Source: a virus. From it: a stretch of DNA of 64,000 nucleotides. The notes under the pieces are model-generated. The model was not told where the DNA came from. It searched no databases and worked only from the letters and a program-made list of their open reading frames with translations. Position 1 is the stretch's first letter. Each line of letters begins with the position of its first letter. Shown here piece after piece: positions 53,222 through 60,910 of this stretch. A program made the translations under genes and the position numbers. Where the stretch lies: positions 37,888 to 101,887 of the IMG/VR virus record IMGVR_UViG_3300042514_001262. One strand, given 5' to 3'.

Positions 53222-53951
53222 TAAATGTAAGGTTGAGAAACTATTAGAAAATTTCGTTAAAAAAAATAATAGTCCTGATGGGTGTGGAAATACTTGTAAT
53301 CAATGTAACAATGAGAGGGGAAGGAAATATCGTATTAAAAATAAAGAAAAAATAAAAAATTATTATATTGAAAATAAAGAAAAACACCAATCTTACAAAA
53401 AAGAACATTACACTAATAATAGAGAAAAAATAAAATCCAACAGTAAAGAATATTATATTAAAAATAAAGAAAAACAAATATCACAAAAAAAAGAATATTA
53501 TATTAAAAATAGAGAAAAAAAACTATCTAAACAGAAAGAATATAATATTAAAAATAAAGAAAATCTACAATCTTACCGTAATGAGTATGAAAGAAATAGA
53601 AAATTAAATGACCCTATTTATAAGTTATCAATTAATGTTAGAGATAGATTAAGAAAATATCTAAAGAGTGTAGGTATCACCAAGAATAAAAGAACATTTG
53701 ATATTGTTGGTTGTTCTCCACCTGAATTAAAAGAACATTTAGAAAAACAATTTGTGGATGGAATGTCTTGGGATAAAATGGGGAAAAAAATACATATTGA
53801 CCATATAATACCATTATCTTCCGCAAAAACAGAAGAAGATATATATAAATTAGCCCATTACACGAATCTTCAACCACTATGGGCTGAAGATAATTTGGCA
53901 AAATCAAACAAACTGGATTATTTATATACAACGGATAATCCAAAATTATGA
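53202..53951 (+). CDS. HNH homing-type endonuclease, copy 1
   Basis: N-terminal CSKC...CNQC zinc finger, KEYYIKNKEK repeats, HIDHIIPL...HYTNLQPLWAEDNLAK; GTG start. Confidence 0.88.
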   Translation: METKICSKCKVEKLLENFVKKNNSPDGCGNTCNQCNNERGRKYRIKNKEKIKNYYIENKEKHQSYKKEHYTNNREKIKSNSKEYYIKNKEKQISQKKEYYIKNREKKLSKQKEYNIKNKENLQSYRNEYERNRKLNDPIYKLSINVRDRLRKYLKSVGITKNKRTFDIVGCSPPELKEHLEKQFVDGMSWDKMGKKIHIDHIIPLSSAKTEEDIYKLAHYTNLQPLWAEDNLAKSNKLDYLYTTDNPKL

Positions 53952-55480
53952 AAAAAACACAAAAGAAAATCCAACAACTAGAAACACAAATACTTGAAAA
54001 CCACATTAACCAAGAAAAGAAGTTGTTGATTACAGAAATGAAAAAAATAGGGATAGAAAAATTACCTTACTCCTATTCAGCCTTGAAGACGTTTATTGAC
54101 CCTGAGACAATGAATCTACATTACAATAAACACTATAAAACATATGTGGATAAATTGAACGATGCCCTCGCAAAAAAAGAATACGGGGATTTAGATTTAG
54201 AAAAAATAATAAAAACAATCAGTCGTTTTGATAAGACAATAAGAAATAACGCTGGCGGTGCGTTTAATCATGCATTGTTTTGGAATTTCTTAACCCCAAT
54301 CCCAAAAAAACTTGAAGGTGACCTTTACAAGAAGATTACCAAACAATGGGGGACATTCACCAACTTCAAAAAAGAATTTGAAAAACAAGCCAAAGACCGA
54401 TTCGGTTCAGGATGGGTATGGCTAATACTAACTTCAAAAAATACTTTGAAGATTATGTCCACACCAAACCAAGATAACCCATTAATGAATGTAATTGAAG
54501 GTGGTGGATTTCCATTACTCGGATTAGATTTATGGGAACATGCTTATTACTTGAAATATAAAAACAAAAGAGATGAATACATTACAAACTTTTGGAAAGT
54601 TGTTAATTGGGATTTTGTTAGTAAAATGTATGAAATGAAAATTGAAACGAAATTGGCGGAATCAACCAAGATGAAACAAGTATTAACTGAAGGTAAATCT
54701 GAAATGTGTTCTTCTTCTGAAAATGAATTTTATAGAATGTTATTCAATGTTAATTCAGATATTAAATGGACTTACATGAATGGGATTAACAAAATTATGA
54801 AAGAAATGTTTTCTGAAAATTATATTTCAACACCCGAAAATGACCAATTACCTGGTGTCTATAATCTTGAGGGTCCTGGTAGGTCGGTAATCAATAAGTT
54901 AAATACAAATTATACTGCGTTCTGTATTTTGTTGAAGGATTTGAATAAAGTGATTGCAACTATTCCAAACAAGGTTCCAATAAACTTCATGGATAAAACT
55001 CCATCAGAGCAGAAAAAAGAGGTTGAAAGATTTATAAGAGCAATAGACCATTACAAATATAGAATATTTGATAAAGATAGTTCAACTCTTCATAACTTGT
55101 TAAGAACCTTAACTGAAAAAGATAAATCCGGTTCAAAAAGAGAAGCGATTACAGCCGCAATTATTAGAAGACATTTTGGCAACGAGTTTGAAGTTGAAAT
55201 AATAGGTGAGTTAGGAAGTAAGAAAGATGCCATCCAAGGAATAGATTTGGAATTAAAAAATAATGAGAAAAAATATACCGCTCAAATCAAACCTTTCAGA
55301 AATATTATTGTATCTGAAGATGGTATTACCTTAGAAGGAACTGCGAGTGTTAAGATTTATAACACAGACCTCATGATTTTTCAAAAAGGAAAGAATGTTT
55401 TAATATTTAATAAAAAACCAAAAATCGTAAGAGGTAATTTTGTGTTTCCTGTGGATTCACTAATGTACAATATACAATAA
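53948..55480 (+). CDS. Fe/Mn superoxide dismutase (Mn-type signature) fused to a C-terminal PD-(D/E)XK-like domain
   Basis: LPYSYSAL, HYNKH, NNAGGAFNH, FGSGW, NQDNP, DLWEHAYY; extra ~270 aa with E...D..QGID...TAQIKP. Confidence 0.85.
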   Translation: MKKTQKKIQQLETQILENHINQEKKLLITEMKKIGIEKLPYSYSALKTFIDPETMNLHYNKHYKTYVDKLNDALAKKEYGDLDLEKIIKTISRFDKTIRNNAGGAFNHALFWNFLTPIPKKLEGDLYKKITKQWGTFTNFKKEFEKQAKDRFGSGWVWLILTSKNTLKIMSTPNQDNPLMNVIEGGGFPLLGLDLWEHAYYLKYKNKRDEYITNFWKVVNWDFVSKMYEMKIETKLAESTKMKQVLTEGKSEMCSSSENEFYRMLFNVNSDIKWTYMNGINKIMKEMFSENYISTPENDQLPGVYNLEGPGRSVINKLNTNYTAFCILLKDLNKVIATIPNKVPINFMDKTPSEQKKEVERFIRAIDHYKYRIFDKDSSTLHNLLRTLTEKDKSGSKREAITAAIIRRHFGNEFEVEIIGELGSKKDAIQGIDLELKNNEKKYTAQIKPFRNIIVSEDGITLEGTASVKIYNTDLMIFQKGKNVLIFNKKPKIVRGNFVFPVDSLMYNIQ

Positions 55481-55504
55481 TAAACTAATTGATATTTATT
55501 AGAT

Positions 55505-56626
55505 ATGGCAGTTATTCCAGAACCAGAAAGGTCAAAAATTTATACCAGAGTCAAACATTTATTGGGTGCCCCAATTAGGAGTGTTGAAATTGAAGATGAA
55601 ATGATGGATTCTTTAATGGAACTCTCTATACAAGATTATGAACAATATATCTTAAATTGGTTAATTGATAGTCAGTGGGTTAACTTGGTTAATCTTAATA
55701 TGACCGAAAAATCAGTTTCAAGAGCATTGATTACAAGAACAATGGATTTTGAACAACAATTCTCATATTCATATTCAAAAATCGTGGGTCTTCAGGCGGA
55801 AGGTCCTTGGGTATTAAAGAAAGATTATATCATTCTTGAACAGAACAAACAAAACTACGAAATCCCTGCTGGTCGTGAGATTAATGAAGTGTTATGGTTC
55901 AGTAATCAACCTATTACCGCATTTGGTATGGGTGGTATTGGGGGATTTGGTGGTGTAGGTCTTGGAGCCAACGAAGCTGGATTCGCTCAAATGGGATACC
56001 AAGGTTCTTATTTTATGATGTCAGGTTTTGATTATCTAATAAGAATGCAAGAATCAAACATTTTAAATAGAATTCTTGGAGGTTCTTTAACTTATAGAAT
56101 TACTGCATTACCTGATGGTAAAAAAGATTTACAACTATACAACGCACCTGGTAATCAATTTAATTGGGGTAACTATAGTCAATATGTTGGTAGAGCTGTG
56201 TGGTATTGGTATTACGATGTAACACCTGACAGTAGAGCCGATTGTTTAAAAAATAATCCTGATGTAATTAAATCACCAAATGATGTTCCATTAGAAGAAC
56301 TTACTTGGTCTGACTTAAATGTACCCGCACAACAATGGGTTAGAAGATGGTTTACCGCTTATGTTAAAGAAACATTAGGTAGAGTTAGAGGGAAATACAG
56401 TGGTAATTTAAAAACACCTGATTCTGAAATAACTATGGACTACACAAGTTTGTTGACCGAAGGTAAAGATGAAAAAACAAAATTAATAGAAGAACTTACA
56501 GGTGCTGAAGGTTGGTTAACAAGATTGAGACCTGAAAAAGTTATGGAAAGAGAAGCATTAATAGCTGAGAACTTAAATAAACAAATGAAGTTCAGAGCAA
56601 TGCCTCGTCAAATATATGTAATTTAA
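55505..56626 (+). CDS. Neck / head-tail adaptor protein (T4 gp13-like)
   Basis: LLGAPIRSVEIED N-terminus; KETLGRVRGKYSG C-terminal motif. Confidence 0.78.
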   Translation: MAVIPEPERSKIYTRVKHLLGAPIRSVEIEDEMMDSLMELSIQDYEQYILNWLIDSQWVNLVNLNMTEKSVSRALITRTMDFEQQFSYSYSKIVGLQAEGPWVLKKDYIILEQNKQNYEIPAGREINEVLWFSNQPITAFGMGGIGGFGGVGLGANEAGFAQMGYQGSYFMMSGFDYLIRMQESNILNRILGGSLTYRITALPDGKKDLQLYNAPGNQFNWGNYSQYVGRAVWYWYYDVTPDSRADCLKNNPDVIKSPNDVPLEELTWSDLNVPAQQWVRRWFTAYVKETLGRVRGKYSGNLKTPDSEITMDYTSLLTEGKDEKTKLIEELTGAEGWLTRLRPEKVMEREALIAENLNKQMKFRAMPRQIYVI

Positions 56627-56630
56627 TATT

Positions 56631-56966
56631 ATGGCAATTATAAGAACAATCCCGTCTACAAGATTAATCAACGGGGAAATTTTAAAAACATCAGAAGTAT
56701 CAATAGTATCCGAGTCGGAATATAGAACCAACGGAGAGGAATGTATTATTGTGAGAAATGTCAGTGAATCTACAATTATTTTGGATTCCAAAACAACTGA
56801 CCATATTGTGGTAAAGGCAATGACAAAAGTAACAATCAAACCTAATATAGGTAAGATTGATGAGGACTATGATGAAATAGTTGCCGACAAGTATGCTTGT
56901 ATTGAATTCAGATTTTGTGGTGGAAACTGGTATATTTTGTCGTCAGACGGATTGAAAAGTTCTTAA
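56631..56966 (+). CDS. Small hypothetical beta-rich protein
   Basis: 111 aa, 4 nt after the neck gene; ends GGNWYILS. Confidence 0.65.
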   Translation: MAIIRTIPSTRLINGEILKTSEVSIVSESEYRTNGEECIIVRNVSESTIILDSKTTDHIVVKAMTKVTIKPNIGKIDEDYDEIVADKYACIEFRFCGGNWYILSSDGLKSS

Positions 56967-57193
56967 TTTATTTCAAATTGAATCTATTTTCAACGAATTT
57001 TTATACACTACCTGTGCATTGGTAGGTGTCTATGACTTTCAAATTGTATCTATCTTCAACAGACCCTTGGACTATGCGCAGATTGTTGCGGGTGTCTATG
57101 ACTTTCAAATTGTATCTGTCTTCAACTTGGTATAGGTATATCCATCACAAAATGGTAGGTGTCTATGACTTTCAAATTGTATCTGTCTTCAAC
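56959..57193 (-). CRISPR. Orphan CRISPR-like mini-array, type VI-B-like repeat
   Basis: 36-nt repeat GTTGAAGAYAGATACAATTTGAAAGTCATAGACACC at 57158-57193, 57091-57126 and 57025-57060; degenerate terminal copy matches the adjacent repeat at 22/24 over 56971-56994; unique spacers of 31, 30 and 30 nt. Confidence 0.8.
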
Positions 57194-57442
57194 CCACTTA
57201 CCGATAACCTTTAGGGTATCAACCTTCTCCAGTCCGAAGTAGTCAGAAATTTCGTCTCTTAATTTGTAATAAACATATAAATATCCCGGTTTTTTCCATC
57301 CTAAAACACCATATTCCTCACCAGGAAAGTGAAAAACAATATCAACAAACTTACCTTTTTTTTGTTCAAGAGCACCGTATTCCGTATCCAAAAATTTGAA
57401 TATAACTTTATCTAATCTATTTTCTGTTATAATGTATTTCAT
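57122..57442 (-). CDS. Small hypothetical protein (MKYIITE leader) whose 3' end is the first array repeat
   Basis: 106 aa; TATTTAT 5 nt upstream; VEDRYNLKVIDT is encoded by repeat 1. Confidence 0.8.
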   Translation of the reverse strand: MKYIITENRLDKVIFKFLDTEYGALEQKKGKFVDIVFHFPGEEYGVLGWKKPGYLYVYYKLRDEISDYFGLEKVDTLKVIGKWVEDRYNLKVIDTYHFVMDIPIPS

Positions 57443-57481
57443 TAATAATAAATATTAGAAAATATTTTTTATTACCTTTTC

Positions 57482-60205
57482 TTAAATTATTGTTGCTAGA
57501 TTATCTTGCCAACCATCTTCTGCTAAGTCATACATATAGTCAGAACTTAAACCTCGTTTTTCCCAATAAGACATTTCAGCGTCTGTAATTGCTAACACAT
57601 CTTCCAACTTATCTTGGTCAGAATCTTCAAATGGTAACCCATTTATTAATTCACACTGAGCGGTTGTAAAGATACCTCTTTGTTCAGGGTCATTTACAAT
57701 TAAACCATTTCTAACCTCATCTTTAAAACAAACCAATAATGGCTCAATTCTTTTATTAAATGTTGTTATTGCTCTCGGCACATTATAATCACCTGTTAGA
57801 TTAGGGTCGTTATCTAAAATATCTTTATCTAACATATAACAATTAATTTGAACACCATCACCTTTCTTTTGAACATCACCGTGAGATGATTTAATACCAT
57901 TGTTAACATACAAAATAACATCACCCAAACTCACATTTAAGTTTGACTGTAAAGCTAACTCCATGTGAGCCATACGACTCATACTATTACCTGATTTAGT
58001 TTTTTCTGTTAAACGTTTCTTATAGTCCTCCATTGACAACTTAACCTTAGCTCTTTGAGCAATCTTACTTAACGGTATTTTCTTATCAAAGATTGTTTGT
58101 AAATACTCATAGTAGTATTCCACAAATGATTTACCGTCACCCTGAAGTAACATCTTAATTCCTTTATCCAAAAAAGCCTCAATATATAGTGGAAGTTTTT
58201 TTGATTTAATACTATTACCCGTTAATTTGATTTTACCTTTAGAATCCATAACGGCATAGTTCTTACGAGCCAAGTTAATACATGAAGGCCAAACCCCATC
58301 AGTATCAAGAGCCATTTCACCTCTCATGAAGATATCATTATACTCCGCAACATCCGCTTCAGGACCATAGTATTCTTTACCTTCTTTAACCTTCCAATTT
58401 AACCCACGACCAACATATACCCTATCCTTCGCATCTGGCGGAGTTGAAAAGTTCACTCCGTCCGTATCCATTACCAAAGGAACATAACCTTTAGTCATGA
58501 AGAACTTAATCATTTGACGAAGGTATTGTCTACCCGTACAAGTAATCTGTTCTCCCATATACATGTCACCCCAAGCATAAACCTGTGGTGCCGACAAAGC
58601 TCCGAACATGGAGTTAATAAAAATTTTAATTGGTAATTGTTTGTTACCGTATGATTCAGATTTTTTACGGTCTGTCTCATAAAACTCTTCCGCAAGTTGT
58701 TTGTATTTGATACGAGTGTCACGGAAATACTTTAACATTCCTTTCATTGCACCTGTTACATCACAGTCGGGGAATACATCGTGTACCAACTGAATAGAGG
58801 GATATAGAGACGAGAAGTCAAGTTTGAGAACATCTTTAGAGTAACCAACCTTAAGTAGTCGTGAAAGACCCCCTACGAAGTCTGTCTTACCTTGTTTCTC
58901 AGGAATGGCAAGTCCATGTTTATAAGACCAAGCCAACATCAACATCTTCCATAATGTTGCGGTTCCCATGGTTGAAACCCTTTCATATGTTGTTGGAATC
59001 ATCGCAGCCAACAAGAATGAACCTTGGTTGAACTCTTGGTCAACCTTTAGGGTTTCATCTAAGTCATCGTCAAGATACATCTCAACTAACTTGTCACCTG
59101 TAATTTTGTTATAAACATCAGAGCGTTTTGAACACGCATCATCAATCTTTGAATCAACCCCAACTTTCTTGTACTTACCGTTTTGAGTGTTTAACCAAAA
59201 ATCTTCTTTCTTCACATAAAATGGTCCGATATCCAAATGGTCAATATAAACACGGTCAGGAGCTTCAGCGTTAATATACTTGGTAATATATTTCAAACCC
59301 GCAGCTTTAATACTTGAGTTAATCGCCTGAGCCCTACGAACCGCATGGATAATATCAATTACATTGTAACCCCAAATTGAAGTTTGGGTAAAAGTTTCTA
59401 CCTCATTCGCAAGCTTTAACATACTATCTTTTCTTGTGAATGAATGGTCGGGGTGTAATGACTTACATATTTTCTTTGGGTCAATTCCCAATATATTACA
59501 TCTTTCAAAAATCCAATGCCAGTCAAAGTTTGCCGAATTATATCCACCAATTATACTTGGTTTTAATTCGTTAATCACTCTAAAAAATTCAATGATTGCA
59601 TTTTTTTCTTCTCTCTCATCCATACACTCAATCACTCGGTGATAACCCTTGTTTGTTTTAATTCCAATCATGAAGATACGACCATCCTTTGGTTCAAGAG
59701 CGGTCGTCTCCAAGTCATATACAAGTCGGGTCACTTCGTCATAGTTCTCGAAACCCTTAAATAATCGTTTTTCTTTTGAGATGAGATATTGTTCTACAGG
59801 AGGTAGAATCATTACTTTGTCTTTAGTTTTTTCTCCCCATGGGTCACATCCACCTTCTCTGAAGAATTGGATAAGTTCTCTATAACCTTTAAGTGATTTA
59901 ACCATGAACGTCATACCGTTCTGTAATCTTTCATTACCGTGGGTCTCCAATTTGTCAATCATAATACCATGTTTGGTCATGGCTTCTTTCTGAGCTGCTT
60001 TTGAATTACCGTAAAAGTTAATACCACGCAGGTCACCTACCCAAGCGAATGGGGTGAATGTATCTTTACGGATTTCTTTTCCCTTACCGGGTATTTCACG
60101 TACCTTGTAAATGGAATTTTCGCGATAATCGTATTCTATTGCGACTATAAATTCTTCGGGGTCATTCCCGTGTAAGAACGATTCAATTTCTTCGTTTGAT
60201 ATCAT
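57482..60205 (-). CDS. Family B DNA polymerase
   Basis: Exo DLETT and GYNSANFD; pol DFSSLYPS, KIFINSMFG, MDTDG, KNYA. Confidence 0.96.
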   Translation of the reverse strand: MISNEEIESFLHGNDPEEFIVAIEYDYRENSIYKVREIPGKGKEIRKDTFTPFAWVGDLRGINFYGNSKAAQKEAMTKHGIMIDKLETHGNERLQNGMTFMVKSLKGYRELIQFFREGGCDPWGEKTKDKVMILPPVEQYLISKEKRLFKGFENYDEVTRLVYDLETTALEPKDGRIFMIGIKTNKGYHRVIECMDEREEKNAIIEFFRVINELKPSIIGGYNSANFDWHWIFERCNILGIDPKKICKSLHPDHSFTRKDSMLKLANEVETFTQTSIWGYNVIDIIHAVRRAQAINSSIKAAGLKYITKYINAEAPDRVYIDHLDIGPFYVKKEDFWLNTQNGKYKKVGVDSKIDDACSKRSDVYNKITGDKLVEMYLDDDLDETLKVDQEFNQGSFLLAAMIPTTYERVSTMGTATLWKMLMLAWSYKHGLAIPEKQGKTDFVGGLSRLLKVGYSKDVLKLDFSSLYPSIQLVHDVFPDCDVTGAMKGMLKYFRDTRIKYKQLAEEFYETDRKKSESYGNKQLPIKIFINSMFGALSAPQVYAWGDMYMGEQITCTGRQYLRQMIKFFMTKGYVPLVMDTDGVNFSTPPDAKDRVYVGRGLNWKVKEGKEYYGPEADVAEYNDIFMRGEMALDTDGVWPSCINLARKNYAVMDSKGKIKLTGNSIKSKKLPLYIEAFLDKGIKMLLQGDGKSFVEYYYEYLQTIFDKKIPLSKIAQRAKVKLSMEDYKKRLTEKTKSGNSMSRMAHMELALQSNLNVSLGDVILYVNNGIKSSHGDVQKKGDGVQINCYMLDKDILDNDPNLTGDYNVPRAITTFNKRIEPLLVCFKDEVRNGLIVNDPEQRGIFTTAQCELINGLPFEDSDQDKLEDVLAITDAEMSYWEKRGLSSDYMYDLAEDGWQDNLATII

Positions 60206-60261
60206 ATGTTATATAGTTGGTTTATTAGCTTTCACACCATCGTGAAATTTACCTTCTATCG

Positions 60262-60292
60262 CAAATATAAAATAAAACTTTAAATAATCAAA
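60262..60292 (-). promoter_or_regulatory. Bacteroidota sigma70-type promoter for DNA polymerase
   Basis: Minus strand TTTG-N19-TATATTTG, 56 nt upstream of the ATG. Confidence 0.8.
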
Positions 60293-60670
60293 TTAACAAC
60301 AAGCCGTTTCTGAAATAAAACTTGGTTGGATGTTGATATATAATTCTTCTCTGATTGGAAGAATTAAATTACCTTCGTCGTTTTTAATTAGTACCTGACC
60401 CTGATACCTTCCTGGTGTGTTTGTATCTCTTGAACTAAATTGGAAATAGACATAGTATTCAGGTGTGGCACCGACAGGTAATATTAAAGGTACAATACCG
60501 CAAGGTGCCGAAACTATTTTAGGAATCCCTGTCTCCACATCTATCATTGTAAAAAAGATTGTAGAGACCGCTAAATCTTCCATCAATTGTTGATACCCTG
60601 CTCGCCCATCCTTCACGACCTGAAGTTTCAAAATTGGTAAAGTTGCTCGTTCCTTGATATAGAATTCCAT
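60293..60670 (-). CDS. BppU-N-like virion protein
   Basis: FYIKERATLPILKLQV...DTNTPGRYQGQ...LILP pattern. Confidence 0.6.
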   Translation of the reverse strand: MEFYIKERATLPILKLQVVKDGRAGYQQLMEDLAVSTIFFTMIDVETGIPKIVSAPCGIVPLILPVGATPEYYVYFQFSSRDTNTPGRYQGQVLIKNDEGNLILPIREELYINIQPSFISETACC

Positions 60671-60754
60671 ACCAATAAATACTTGATAAATAAAAAATAT
60701 TTAATTATTATTATTTGGTATGACTTTTCACACTTTACAAGATATTTATATTAT

Positions 60755-60910
60755 ATGAAACCAAGAAAAAAAGAAGAAGATAAAAAAATTAAATTCGCTA
60801 TTAGTTTAAACCCAAAATTATTTAAACGAATGGAAGATGAAATAATAAACAAGTCAGGATTGATTGAAAAATTATTGAGAGAACATTATGGAAAAAAAGA
60901 TTTGCAGTAA
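60755..60910 (+). CDS. Ribbon-helix-helix-like protein (51 aa), cassette copy 2
   Basis: True start is likely ATG 60755: MKPRKKEEDKKIKFAISLNPKLFKRMEDEIINKSGLIEKLLREHYGKKDLQ*. Confidence 0.75.
   Translation: MKPRKKEEDKKIKFAISLNPKLFKRMEDEIINKSGLIEKLLREHYGKKDLQ

Noticed and set aside
53202-53951. HNH proteins as IscB/Cas9-like effectors of the array
   Set aside because: No RuvC motifs or PLMP N-terminus, only ~250 aa, and no intergenic space for a long associated RNA.
56959-57193. TIGR-type array or diversity-generating retroelement
   Set aside because: The unit is 36-nt repeat plus ~30-nt spacer, not a dual-spacer 36-nt unit. No Nop-domain protein or reverse transcriptase is seen, and there is no adenine-specific variation.
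57026-57214. 62-aa plus-strand ORF with repeated MTFKLYLSST
   Set aside because: Antisense reading of the 66-nt array unit; no upstream motif and it overlaps the minus-strand gene.
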